Of a stretch of 43,693 nucleotides of DNA, positions 24,578 through 36,136 are shown one piece after another. The DNA lies in the NCBI GenBank assembly GCA_037133215.1, contig JBAXOM010000002.1:1-43693 (forward strand). The letters are read 5' to 3'. Position numbers and translations under genes: made by a program. The notes beneath the pieces are model-generated. The model saw only the letters and a list, made by a program, of their open reading frames with translations, was not told the origin of the DNA and did not search any database. This stretch comes from Thermoleophilia bacterium. Lineage in GTDB: Bacteria > Actinomycetota > Thermoleophilia > Gaiellales > F1-60-MAGs149. How positions within the stretch are numbered: position 1 is the first letter of the stretch; every line of letters begins with the position of its first letter.

Positions 24578-24605
24578 AGATTAGCATTCGGAGCGAGAAC
24601 GTCAA
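24578..24605 (-). promoter_or_regulatory. Candidate sigma-A-type promoter for the riboswitch-metYXW transcript
   Basis: On the minus strand: TTGACG (24605-24600), 16-nt spacer, TAATCT (24583-24578). This places a start site a few nt before the riboswitch P1 helix. Confidence 0.5.
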
Positions 24606-24718
24606 GTTTTGAGTGGGCCACAGACTGTCGACGACACGAAAGACCTGTTTAGCGTACGATGACTAGGCGGGCGTTCGGCCAGAACGCTTACAACGACGTA
24701 TTTGATGAGGTGAATGGC

Positions 24719-25603
24719 ATGTCCGAGCAAGGCACAATGGGCGTCAAGAGCGGTTTGGCCGAGATGCTGAAGGGCGGCGTCATTATGGACGTCGTCAATG
24801 CCGAACAGGCCAAAATCGCCGAGGATGCTGGTGCTTGTGCCGTTATGGCACTCGAACGCGTGCCCGCCGATATTCGTGCCGATGGTGGTGTCGCGCGCAT
24901 GTCCGATCCCGAGATGATCGTCGGGATTCAGGAGGCCGTCTCGATTCCCGTGATGGCGAAGGCGCGCATTGGCCACTTCGTCGAAGCGCAGATCCTGCAG
25001 TCGCTGGAAGTGGACTACATCGACGAGTCCGAGGTTTTGACGCCTGCGGACGAGGCACATCACATCGACAAGAACAAATTCACGATTCCGTTCGTCTGCG
25101 GAGCCACCAATCTCGGCGAGGCGCTGCGGCGCATCGGTGAGGGTGCCGCGATGATCCGCTCGAAGGGTGAAGCCGGCACCGGCGACGTCGTCGAGGCGGT
25201 CCGCCATATTCGGGGTATCCTCGGCGAGATTAAGCGCCTGCACGGCATGGACCCTGATGAAGTCTACGCCCGCGCAAAAGAACTCCAGGCGCCACTCGAT
25301 TTGGTCCAGTTTTGCGCCCGCGAGGGTCGTCTTCCTGTCGTGCTCTTCACCGCCGGTGGCGTTGCAACGCCTGCCGATTGCGCTCTGATGATGCAGCTCG
25401 GTGCCGACGGTGTCTTCGTCGGGTCCGGCATCTTCAAGAGTGGCGATCCTGCCAAGCGCGCCCGTGCATGTGTCGAGGCGACGACGCACTTCCGCGACCC
25501 CGCCAAGTTGGCCGAGGTCTCTAAGAATCTCGGCGAGGCCATGGTCGGTCGTAGCGCCAAGTCGATTCCTGAGGACGAGCTGTTCGCCGGACGTGGCTGG
25601 TAA
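24719..25603 (+). CDS. pdxS: Pyridoxal 5'-phosphate synthase, lyase subunit
   Basis: From [54 protein letters not shown] near-invariant PdxS sequence throughout. Confidence 0.95.
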   Translation: MSEQGTMGVKSGLAEMLKGGVIMDVVNAEQAKIAEDAGACAVMALERVPADIRADGGVARMSDPEMIVGIQEAVSIPVMAKARIGHFVEAQILQSLEVDYIDESEVLTPADEAHHIDKNKFTIPFVCGATNLGEALRRIGEGAAMIRSKGEAGTGDVVEAVRHIRGILGEIKRLHGMDPDEVYARAKELQAPLDLVQFCAREGRLPVVLFTAGGVATPADCALMMQLGADGVFVGSGIFKSGDPAKRARACVEATTHFRDPAKLAEVSKNLGEAMVGRSAKSIPEDELFAGRGW

Positions 25604-26186
25604 CACCCCGCGCGTTGGTGTGCTCGCCCTGCAAGGGGCGTTCCGCGAGCACGTGCAGGCGCTCGAGCGGCTGGGCGCAACGGCAATTGAGGTGCGAACG
25701 CCGGCGGAGTTAGAGGGCCTTGATGGTCTGATGCTGCCGGGAGGCGAGTCGACCACGATGGATCTCCTGCTCGACTCGTCGGGTCTACGCGAGCCAATCA
25801 GCGCTGTGATTGCCGATGGACTGCCGGTCTTCGGTACCTGTGCGGGATTAATCCTGCTCGCGACCGACCTTGAGGACGGCACGAAGGACCAGCGAACGCT
25901 GCGTGCGCTCGACGTGACAGCGCTCCGCAATGGCTACGGACGGCAGGTCGCCTCATTCGAGGCCGCCGTCGAATTGGCGGGAGATCAGACAACGATGGTC
26001 GGAATCTTCATTCGAGCGCCGCGCATCACACGCGTCGGCGAAGGCGTCGAGGTGCTCGCCTCTGTCGGTGATGAGCCCGTCGCTGTCCGCAGCGGCTCTA
26101 TCATGGCGGCAACGTTCCATCCGGAGCTGGCGCACGACGACCGGCTCCACGCGCGCTTTCTTGAGCGCGTGACCACGCATTCGTAG
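25593..26186 (+). CDS. pdxT: Pyridoxal 5'-phosphate synthase, glutaminase subunit
   Basis: In-frame GTG at 25593 (overlaps the pdxS end by 11 nt) gives (M)[37 protein letters not shown] and FHPEL motifs. Alternative GTG at 25620. Confidence 0.9.
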   Translation: MAGNTPRVGVLALQGAFREHVQALERLGATAIEVRTPAELEGLDGLMLPGGESTTMDLLLDSSGLREPISAVIADGLPVFGTCAGLILLATDLEDGTKDQRTLRALDVTALRNGYGRQVASFEAAVELAGDQTTMVGIFIRAPRITRVGEGVEVLASVGDEPVAVRSGSIMAATFHPELAHDDRLHARFLERVTTHS

Positions 26187-26200
26187 GCGGGAGTACAGGC

Positions 26201-26941
26201 ATGTCCGGTCATTCCAAATGGTCCACCATCAAGCACAAGAAGGCCGCGACCGATAAGAAGCGTGGTCAGCAGTTCAGCAAACTCGCCCGCGCCATCATGG
26301 TTGCCGCCAAGGAGGGTGGTGGCGATCCCGATTCGAACGCCGCACTCGCCAACGCCGTCGCGAAGGCGAAGTCGTACTCGTTGCCGCGCGAAAATATTGA
26401 GCGCGCGATCCAGAAGGGTGCGGGTGGTGGTGAAGGCGAGAACTTCGAGACCGTCACCTACGAGGGCTTCGGTCCCGGAGGAGCCGCATTCGTTGTCGAG
26501 GCGCTGACCGACAATCGCAACCGTACCGCTGCCAACGTGCGCAGCATCTTCACGAAGGCCGGCTCCGCACTCGGTGCTCCGGGCAGCGTTGCCTGGAAAT
26601 TCGATCGCAAGGGTGTCGTCATTCTCGAGAACGTCGCCGATGAGGACGAGCTTCTGCTGGCCGCTGCGGATGCAGGCGCAGATGATTCCGAAGGTGAGGA
26701 TGGGATTTTCCGCGTCACCACCGATCCGTCCGAACTGTCTGTGGTACGGATCGCTCTGGAGGGTGCCGGCTTCCAGGTGACGAGTGCTGAGTTGACGCTA
26801 TTGCCGAAGCAACTTGCCGAGATCGACGACGAGGGCAGCCGCAAGGTGCTCAAGATGGTCGATGCGCTCGAGGATGACGACGACGTCCAAGAGGTCTTCT
26901 TCGACGTTGAGATCACCGAAGCCGTGCTGGCCGAGCAATAG
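26201..26941 (+). CDS. yebC: YebC/PmpR-family DNA-binding regulator
   Basis: 246 aa, MSGHSKWSTIKHKKAATDKKRG. Confidence 0.93.
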   Translation: MSGHSKWSTIKHKKAATDKKRGQQFSKLARAIMVAAKEGGGDPDSNAALANAVAKAKSYSLPRENIERAIQKGAGGGEGENFETVTYEGFGPGGAAFVVEALTDNRNRTAANVRSIFTKAGSALGAPGSVAWKFDRKGVVILENVADEDELLLAAADAGADDSEGEDGIFRVTTDPSELSVVRIALEGAGFQVTSAELTLLPKQLAEIDDEGSRKVLKMVDALEDDDDVQEVFFDVEITEAVLAEQ

Positions 26942-26954
26942 GTCCAGTTTTCTG

Positions 26955-27902
26955 ATGGCGCCCCAGCCGCTGATCATCGACTGCGATCCTGGGATCGACG
27001 ACGCGATCGCAATCCTGCTCGCCCTCGCGAGTCCCGAGCTGGATGTGCTGGCGATCACCACGGTCGCTGGAAATGTGCCGCTCGCCAACACGACGACGAA
27101 CGGGCTGCGCGTGTTGGATCTCGTTCGCCGCGCAGATCTCCCGCTCGCGGCCGGCGCTGATCGACCGCTGGTGCGTATCCCCGGCGGCGATTCGTCCGAG
27201 ACGCACGGCGAGACCGGTCTCGACGGTTCGGAGCTACCAGCACCGTCTCGCGGTTCTTCTGCTGAGCATGCCGTCGACCTGATCGCTCGACTCGCGTTGG
27301 AGCGCCCAGGTGAGGTGACGCTGGCTGCAGTCGGTCCGCTCACCAATGTCGCGCTCCTCGCTGCCCTGCGCCCGGAGGCCTTTGCTGCTCTGCGTCGCGT
27401 CGTCGTGATGGGCGGTGCGTCGACGGGTGGCAACATGTCGCCGTACGCAGAGTTCAACGTCTGGTTCGACCCCGAGGCAGCCGAGCGCGTGCTGCAGGCC
27501 GGGCAGGATCTAACCCTCGTTGGGCTCGACGTGACGCGACAGGCCATCCTGACGAGCAGCGATATTGATGCACTCGAGCAGCTGCCGACAATTGGATCGG
27601 CTGTGGCCGGGATGTTGCGCTTCTACATGCGCAAGCACGTCGACTGGTACGGCGAGGAGGTCGTCTATCAGCACGACAGTCTCGCGATTGGACACCTGAT
27701 TGACCCCGCCATTTTGGGGCTTGTTCATTGCCGTGTAGAAGTTGATACGGGTGTGGGACCCGCGCGAGGCTCAACGTTGGTTGATCGCCTGGGCGTCTTT
27801 GGTGGCGACGCAAACGTTCACTGGGCTGCGACCGTCGACGTGGAGCGGTTTCGTGCGCTCCTATTGGGACGCCTGGCCGAGCTCTCCGCCCGTTTGGTCT
27901 AG
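26955..27902 (+). CDS. Nucleoside hydrolase (inosine/uridine-preferring family)
   Basis: From MAPQPLIIDCDPGIDDAIAILLAL (DxDxxxDD Ca-binding motif); AEFNVWFDPEAA. Confidence 0.88.
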   Translation: MAPQPLIIDCDPGIDDAIAILLALASPELDVLAITTVAGNVPLANTTTNGLRVLDLVRRADLPLAAGADRPLVRIPGGDSSETHGETGLDGSELPAPSRGSSAEHAVDLIARLALERPGEVTLAAVGPLTNVALLAALRPEAFAALRRVVVMGGASTGGNMSPYAEFNVWFDPEAAERVLQAGQDLTLVGLDVTRQAILTSSDIDALEQLPTIGSAVAGMLRFYMRKHVDWYGEEVVYQHDSLAIGHLIDPAILGLVHCRVEVDTGVGPARGSTLVDRLGVFGGDANVHWAATVDVERFRALLLGRLAELSARLV

Positions 27903-28612
27903 CTCGTCTGCGGCGGCGGATCGCCCGGCTGCCAAGGAGCCGGTGGATATTCGGCCTGGTCGCCTCGGTGTTCGCCGATCGTCAGGATGCGCAGATCCTG
28001 GTCGCCGTCATTGAGAAACTGGTGCGGGCGTTCGGGACCTTCGCGCTTGGCAAAGAAATCGCCTGGCCCAACGCGGTAGACCTCGCTGCCGACCATCAGG
28101 ACGCCTGTGCCACTGAGGACGAGAAAGCACTCTTCTTCCTCGTGGTGCCAGTGAAATTTTGTGGAGCGTTCGCCGGGACGGACAAGGTCGACGTTGACAC
28201 CGATACGTCGCAAGCCTGCGTGCTCACCCAACCGGCTCGAAAGGCCGAAGGTTTCGCCACCGGGTTCGTACTCGCCTTCACCCGTCGGGGCATCTTCGGC
28301 GCGGGTGAGCCAGTGCGGTCGCCGATCGCCGCGCTCACGCAATCGCTCGGCCGGACGGCCGTCGATTGTCGAGACCGCCCATTCGCCCGCCGGCAGGGTC
28401 TTGGTCTCGATCCAGCGGCTGGCGGTCACCGTCGCGGGGACTTCGACGCAGACGGCTTCCCACTCGCCTTCGCCATCGACGAGCAAAAACGAATTGTCGG
28501 CCTCGGTCGCGCGCAGCAACTCTTCTGCGGCAGCCTCGATGTCAGGCCACCAACGGGGGTGACGTTCGATAAAAGCAATGTATCGGGAAGGTCGTTCGGC
28601 CATGTCTCGCAT
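27899..28612 (-). CDS. Cupin-domain protein with an extra N-terminal domain of about 100 aa (GyrI-like half?)
   Basis: 237 aa. C-terminal cupin motifs FHWHHEEEECFLVLSGTG and YRVGPGDFF. N-terminal VCVEVP....RWIETKTLPAGEWAV resembles GyrI-like effector-binding modules (weak). Confidence 0.7.
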   Translation of the reverse strand: MRDMAERPSRYIAFIERHPRWWPDIEAAAEELLRATEADNSFLLVDGEGEWEAVCVEVPATVTASRWIETKTLPAGEWAVSTIDGRPAERLRERGDRRPHWLTRAEDAPTGEGEYEPGGETFGLSSRLGEHAGLRRIGVNVDLVRPGERSTKFHWHHEEEECFLVLSGTGVLMVGSEVYRVGPGDFFAKREGPERPHQFLNDGDQDLRILTIGEHRGDQAEYPPAPWQPGDPPPQTS

Positions 28613-28668
28613 CGTACGCGACGATCTGCGGGGCAGACACGACCGGCGCCGCTCGTAGACTGAAGGGC

Positions 28669-29175
28669 ATGGTGATCCTTGGGCTCGACCCGGGAACGGC
28701 GTCTACTGGTTACGGCATCGTGACAGTGGCAGGCAGCCGGCTCAGGTCGGTTGATTTCGGCTGCATTTACACGGATGCCCATACACCACCGGAGGAACGC
28801 CTTGCGGCCATTGCGCGAGCGATCGATGCGTTGCTCATCGAGCACGAGCCGACCGCCGTGGCGGTTGAAGAGGTGTACGTGGGAGGAAACCCGCGCACCG
28901 CGCTCGCCGTCGGACAGGCACGTGGCGCGGTCATGACGATGGCCGGGTTGCGGTACATCCCAGTGGCGGAATACAGCGTCTCGCAGATCAAGACGGCAGT
29001 CTGTGGCTACGGTCGTGCCGACAAGAAACAGGTGCAGACGATGGTCGGTGCTGTCTTGGGTCTGCCATCGCCACCGACGCCGGACCACGCTGCCGATGCA
29101 CTCGCAGCGGCTATCTGCCACGCCTCGACGAGTCCGTTGCAGGCGTCCCTCAAGCGGGCAGGTCTGAAGGCATGA
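28669..29175 (+). CDS. ruvC: Holliday junction resolvase RuvC
   Basis: 168 aa, MVILGLDPGTASTGYG, catalytic DHAADALAAAICH. Confidence 0.93.
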   Translation: MVILGLDPGTASTGYGIVTVAGSRLRSVDFGCIYTDAHTPPEERLAAIARAIDALLIEHEPTAVAVEEVYVGGNPRTALAVGQARGAVMTMAGLRYIPVAEYSVSQIKTAVCGYGRADKKQVQTMVGAVLGLPSPPTPDHAADALAAAICHASTSPLQASLKRAGLKA

Positions 29176-29762
29176 TCGCTCACGTGTCCGGAACGGTGAC
29201 GAGTCGCGACGGTGAGATCCTGGTTGTTGATGTCGGCGGTGTGGGCTACGAGGTAACGGCCACGCTAACTGCGCTGTCGCGCTGCGAGCCGGGAATGACC
29301 GTCACTGTGCCGACGTATCTCCACGTGCGTGAGGACGCGATGCTGTTGTTCGGATTTTCGAACGACGCAGAACGCCGTATTTTTCGCCTCCTGCTGGGGG
29401 TGAATGGTGTGGGACCAAAGCTGGCCCTCGCGATTGTCTCGGCGCAGGATCCTGATCGCATCGAGAGCGCTGTGTTACTTGGCGATGTTGCTCTGCTCTC
29501 GAGTGTGAGTGGCGTCGGCAAGAAAACTGCCGAACGGATCTGTCTCGACCTCAAAGACAAGATTGCTGGTGCCGGTGGTGTGTCGGTCGGCGGAGGTGCA
29601 GAAGTTCCCGTTATGGCCGATTCACACCGCGAAGCGCGCGATGCTCTGGTCGCACTCGGTTATTCCGTCACGGATGCCGAGGCTGCTCTCGTTGGGTGCG
29701 AAGGTTCGACGGGAGAGCGCGTCAAGGCGGGTCTCGCCGCTCTCGGTGGTGGGCGGCTGTGA
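29172..29762 (+). CDS. ruvA: Holliday junction branch-migration complex subunit RuvA
   Basis: 196 aa, MIAHVSGTV...GVGYEV; HhH motifs [13 protein letters not shown] and [16 protein letters not shown] overlap with ruvC. Confidence 0.92.
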   Translation: MIAHVSGTVTSRDGEILVVDVGGVGYEVTATLTALSRCEPGMTVTVPTYLHVREDAMLLFGFSNDAERRIFRLLLGVNGVGPKLALAIVSAQDPDRIESAVLLGDVALLSSVSGVGKKTAERICLDLKDKIAGAGGVSVGGGAEVPVMADSHREARDALVALGYSVTDAEAALVGCEGSTGERVKAGLAALGGGRL

Positions 29763-30784
29763 CCGATGACACGCGACTGATTGCGGGCGAAGAAGAGCCC
29801 GAAGATCAGGAGAACGATGGCTCGCTGCGACCACAGCGGCTGGGCGATTTCGTTGGCCAAGAACACGCAGTGCGTCAACTCGAGACCTTTGTGGCTGCAG
29901 CCCGCGGGCGCGGCGAGGCGTGCGATCACGTGCTGCTGGCTGGACCACCGGGGCTTGGCAAGACCAGCCTGGCGTTTATCGTCGCGGCCGAGATGGAGAG
30001 CCGGATTCACACCATCTCGGGGCCTGCTCTCGAACGTAAGGGTGATATTGCTTCGATTTTGACCGCGCTTGAGCCGCACGACGTGCTCTTTATCGACGAG
30101 GTGCATCGCCTCCCGCGCGCTATCGAAGAGCTGCTTTATCCGGCGATGGAGGATCGAGCGATCGACATCGTGATTGGCCAGGGGCCAGGCGCGCGAACCC
30201 TACGGCTCGATCTTGCGCCCTTCACGCTGGTCGGTGCCACTACGCGTGCAGGTCTCTTGACGACACCGATGCGCGATCGCTTCGGGATCTCGTTACGGCT
30301 TGAGCACTACACCCCCGACGAACTGCTGTTGATCATTCGGCGGTCTGCCGGGATTCTCGATGTGACGATCGACGATGAGGCCGCGCACGAAATTGCTCGG
30401 CGCTCGCGGGGCACCCCACGCATCGCGAATCGCATCCTCCGCCGTGTTCGGGACGTCGCCCAGGTCCGCGAGTGGGCAACGGTCGATCGCGAAGGTGCGC
30501 TGGCTGCACTCGACCTGCTCGGTGTTGACGAAGATGGGCTCGACCGCGCCGACCGCGAGTACATGCGCACAATTGCCGAGCGTTTTGCTGGTGGCCCCGT
30601 CGGCCTTTCGACATTGGCCGTCGCACTCGGTGAGGACGCTGGGACGCTCGAAGACGTCTACGAGCCCTACCTGATTCAACAGGGCCTGATTCAGCGCACC
30701 GCCCGGGGTCGCGTCCTGACCGCGCGTGGCCGCGAGCTGGCAGGCATGCCGCAGGATCCGGGTATGCCTTCGCTCTTGGACTAG
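29759..30784 (+). CDS. ruvB: Holliday junction DNA helicase RuvB
   Basis: GTG at 29759 (GTGA overlap with the ruvA stop). [12 protein letters not shown], Walker [12 protein letters not shown], Walker [10 protein letters not shown]. Confidence 0.93.
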   Translation: MTDDTRLIAGEEEPEDQENDGSLRPQRLGDFVGQEHAVRQLETFVAAARGRGEACDHVLLAGPPGLGKTSLAFIVAAEMESRIHTISGPALERKGDIASILTALEPHDVLFIDEVHRLPRAIEELLYPAMEDRAIDIVIGQGPGARTLRLDLAPFTLVGATTRAGLLTTPMRDRFGISLRLEHYTPDELLLIIRRSAGILDVTIDDEAAHEIARRSRGTPRIANRILRRVRDVAQVREWATVDREGALAALDLLGVDEDGLDRADREYMRTIAERFAGGPVGLSTLAVALGEDAGTLEDVYEPYLIQQGLIQRTARGRVLTARGRELAGMPQDPGMPSLLD

Positions 30785-30787
30785 CGC

Positions 30788-32904
<2,117 letters not shown>

Positions 32905-32906
32905 TC

Positions 32907-33293
32907 ATGCAGACCTATCTCCTGCTGTTCGTGGCGATGGCCGCGATTTTCTACTTTTTAATCTTGCGCCCGCAGCAACGCTCGAAGCGCGCTAAGGCCG
33001 AACTGATGACGGCACTCTCGGAGGGCAGCGAAATCCTGACCGTTGGTGGTATCTACGGCACTGTTGTTGACTTGCGTGACGACGACATGGATCTCGAGAT
33101 CGCTGAGGGTGTTGTGATGCGTATCGATCGACGCGCGATTGCATCGGTAATCCCGGTTGCAACTGACGATGAAGACGAAGACGAAGACGACGACCTCGAC
33201 GATGATGCGTCCGTGGACGAAGCTCACGACGACGATCACGACGACGATCACGACGGGGACGAGACGCCGACTGCAGGGGATCGTCCGGCCTAA
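32907..33293 (+). CDS. yajC: Preprotein translocase subunit YajC with an Asp/Glu/His-rich C-terminal tail
   Basis: 128 aa. TM helix plus FLILRPQQRSKRAKAELMTALSEGSEILTVGGIYGTVV core. Tail is DDEDEDEDDDLDDDASVDEAHDDDHDDDHDGDE. Confidence 0.85.
   Translation: MQTYLLLFVAMAAIFYFLILRPQQRSKRAKAELMTALSEGSEILTVGGIYGTVVDLRDDDMDLEIAEGVVMRIDRRAIASVIPVATDDEDEDEDDDLDDDASVDEAHDDDHDDDHDGDETPTAGDRPA
33225..33256 (+). repeat. 12-bp tandem repeat (CACGACGACGAT, 2 full copies plus a partial) inside the yajC tail
   Basis: cacgacgacgat at 33225-33236 and 33237-33248, followed by cacgacgg. Encodes HDDD-HDDD-HDG. Confidence 0.6.
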
Positions 33294-33296
33294 CCC

Positions 33297-36107
33297 ATGT
33301 TGCGTCGCGGAACTGTACTGATTCTCGTAGCGCTGGTCGCGCTACTGATTGCCACGGGCGCGCTCTCGTATCTGCGCGCGCCGGTGCTTGGTCTCGACCT
33401 ACAGGGTGGCGCCGAGGTCACGCTCGAGGCGCAGCCGCAGAAGGGCCAGACCGTCACGGAAGATCAGATGAATCAGGCCGTCCAGATTCTGCGTACCCGT
33501 GTCGATGCGCTTGGTGTCTCGGAACCACAGATCCAGCGTGAGCAAGGCAACCGCATTTCAATCGCCGTCGCCGGTGAGAACGACCCGGCTCGAGTCTTTG
33601 CCCTCGTCGGTTCGACTGGACAGCTGTACTTCATCGATCTTGAGCAGGGCTTGACCCAGGGTGTGTCGCGGTCATTTGTTGCAGGTGCCGGCATCGTGCC
33701 GAAAACGACGTTGTATGACCTTTTGAAGGCAGTTCCCAAGAAGTTGCAGTCGGGTGACCAGAGTGTTCTCTACGCATTCAAGAAGAGTGACACGGCCGAA
33801 CCGCTGAACCCCAACGGTGCTGTCGATATGCCGCAGTTGCTGCTGCAAATCGGAGCGTCGACGCTGCCCAGCGACGTCGTTGTCCTCGGGGTGCCCACCG
33901 ACCATCTCGCCGTCAAGTGTTCGAATCAGTCGCCTGCGGGATGCCCACCGAATATCACGCCAGTGCCGACGAAGGCCAAGGAGAAGTTCTTCTGGTACAT
34001 GTTCGACCTGCCGCCCGTAGCGCAGCGCCTGACGGGTGACGATCTCGATAGTGCGAAGTCCGACGTCGACACAACGACGGGGCAACCGGTCGTGTTGATG
34101 AACTTCAACGATCGTGGTTCGAAGTTGTTCGGTGACATTACGAAGCAGCTCGCCGACCGTGGTCGTTCCGAGTGGAGTTCGGCCGGCGCGCAGGCCGGTC
34201 AGGAGTCCGCGTATTTCCAGCGGTTCTCGATCATTCTCGACGGCCAGCTTGAGACCTACCCGACCATCGATTTCGTCTCAAACCCGGACGGAATCCAGGG
34301 AGGCTCGGCTCAGATCACGGGTCTCGCTTCGCAGCAAGAGGCCAACGACATCGCGCTGGTGTTGCAGTCCGGCTCGCTTCCCGTTCGGTTCGTAGCGCTG
34401 TCTTCGAGTCAGGTCTCGGCCACTCTTGGCGCGGCCTCGCTGCGGCAGGGTCTGATCGCTGGCGGAATCGGCCTGCTCCTGATGATGCTCTACCTGATCG
34501 CGTTTTATCGCGTACTCGGAATCGTCGCTGGTGTCGCTCTGATTATTTTCGCGGCGCTCTTCTACGGCGTCATCCTGGCCATCCCCGTGACGATGACACT
34601 GCCAGGAATTGCGGGCATGATCCTCACCATTGGCGTGGCGGCCGACGCCAACATTGTCGTATTCGAACGCATCAGAGAAGAGTTCCGCGCGGGCAAAACC
34701 CTGAAGGCCGCAATCTCGGCCGGCTATTCGCGCGGCTTCCGCACTATTCTCGATGCCAACGCGGTCACGCTGATTACGGCAAGTGTGTTGTTCGTTGCCT
34801 CTCAATCGAGCGTCAAGGGCTTCGCATTCCTGCTCGCCATCGGCGTGTTGGTCTCGATGTTTACCTCGGTCGTTGCGACGCGAGCCATTCTCAACGTGCT
34901 CTCGAGTTTCGCGTGGTTTAACAACCCGCGGGTGATTGGTGCCGAGGCCAAGCCGGTCCGCTGGCGGTTCGACTTCGCGGGGCGGAAGCGACTGTTCTTC
35001 GCGATCGCTGCCACCGTCGTCATCATCTGCATCGGTGCGCTTGGCGTTCGCGGTCTCAACATGGGTCTCGACTTCACGGGCGGCACCCGCATGGCTGTCG
35101 TTACGACTAAGCCGGCCACGGTAGACGAGATGCGCACGCTCCTGGTGAAGGTCGATTCGACGCTCGGTAGCGCTGTGGTCCGTGGTGAGGGTACGCAGTC
35201 CGGTTCGACCTACACCACGTTCCAAATTGATGCCAAGGAGATCTCTCCGGCCAAGGTGCAGACGATCCAGCAAGAGGTCAATCAGAGTTACGGGCTCGCT
35301 GAGCAAATCGACGTACGAACGGTCTCGGCATCGTTTGGTAACGAGATTTTGCGCGGCGCCCTCCTCGCACTGCTCTTCTCGATTCTCTTGATCATCATTT
35401 ACATGGCCTTCCGTTTCGACTGGAAGTTTGCGTTGCCGATGATCGTGGCGCTATTGCATGACCTCGTCATTGCCGTCGGTGTCTACGCCATCAGCGGACG
35501 CGAGGTGACGAGCGCGACGATTGCGGCTCTCCTCACGATTCTGGGCTACTCGCTGTACGACACGATCATCGTCTTCGACCGCGTGCGCGAGAACGAGAAG
35601 TCGCTCCGTCGCCAGACCTACGATCAGATCGTCAACATCTCGCTGTGGGAGACCGCAACGCGTTCGCTCAATACGTCGTTCTCGACCCTGCTGCCCATTC
35701 TCGCGTTGTTCTTCTTCGGTGGTGCGACGCTGCAGGACTTCGCCTTCGCACTGATTATCGGTATTGCCTCGGGCGCCTACTCCTCGTTCTTTATTGCGGC
35801 ACCGCTGCTGAGCGTGTTGAAGGGTCGCGAGCCCGAGTACAAGAGCCGTAAGGGAAGCGATGAGTTGCCGGCCTTCATGCTCGGCAAACAGGGCGTTGGT
35901 GTGGCAGCGGCGACTGCAGTTGCCGTCGGCAGCGCTGGAGCGAGCGACGCCTTCACGGTGGACGTGGACGAAGACACATCTCCATCCGACGAGCCCCCCG
36001 CTGCAACGCCGGACGAGCCAAAAACAAATGCTGGACCGGACGATGCCGCCATCGAGGCAGCGCGTAAGCGCCGTGTCGATCGGCGTGGCAAGCGCGGACG
36101 TTCGTAG
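33297..36107 (+). CDS. secDF: Fused protein-export membrane protein SecDF
   Basis: 936 aa. SecD N-terminus LGLDLQGGAEV and periplasmic domain. The SecF module starts near FDFAGRKRLFFAIA...GLDFTGGT. Ends in a charged tail ...KRRVDRRGKRGRS. Confidence 0.9.
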   Translation: MLRRGTVLILVALVALLIATGALSYLRAPVLGLDLQGGAEVTLEAQPQKGQTVTEDQMNQAVQILRTRVDALGVSEPQIQREQGNRISIAVAGENDPARVFALVGSTGQLYFIDLEQGLTQGVSRSFVAGAGIVPKTTLYDLLKAVPKKLQSGDQSVLYAFKKSDTAEPLNPNGAVDMPQLLLQIGASTLPSDVVVLGVPTDHLAVKCSNQSPAGCPPNITPVPTKAKEKFFWYMFDLPPVAQRLTGDDLDSAKSDVDTTTGQPVVLMNFNDRGSKLFGDITKQLADRGRSEWSSAGAQAGQESAYFQRFSIILDGQLETYPTIDFVSNPDGIQGGSAQITGLASQQEANDIALVLQSGSLPVRFVALSSSQVSATLGAASLRQGLIAGGIGLLLMMLYLIAFYRVLGIVAGVALIIFAALFYGVILAIPVTMTLPGIAGMILTIGVAADANIVVFERIREEFRAGKTLKAAISAGYSRGFRTILDANAVTLITASVLFVASQSSVKGFAFLLAIGVLVSMFTSVVATRAILNVLSSFAWFNNPRVIGAEAKPVRWRFDFAGRKRLFFAIAATVVIICIGALGVRGLNMGLDFTGGTRMAVVTTKPATVDEMRTLLVKVDSTLGSAVVRGEGTQSGSTYTTFQIDAKEISPAKVQTIQQEVNQSYGLAEQIDVRTVSASFGNEILRGALLALLFSILLIIIYMAFRFDWKFALPMIVALLHDLVIAVGVYAISGREVTSATIAALLTILGYSLYDTIIVFDRVRENEKSLRRQTYDQIVNISLWETATRSLNTSFSTLLPILALFFFGGATLQDFAFALIIGIASGAYSSFFIAAPLLSVLKGREPEYKSRKGSDELPAFMLGKQGVGVAAATAVAVGSAGASDAFTVDVDEDTSPSDEPPAATPDEPKTNAGPDDAAIEAARKRRVDRRGKRGRS

Positions 36108-36136
36108 TCACTGTCCGAGTGCGCGCCTAGCCTGAC

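Noticed and set aside
24602-25930. 442-aa minus-strand ORF
   Set aside because: Antisense to pdxS and pdxT, whose sequences are near-invariant family members.
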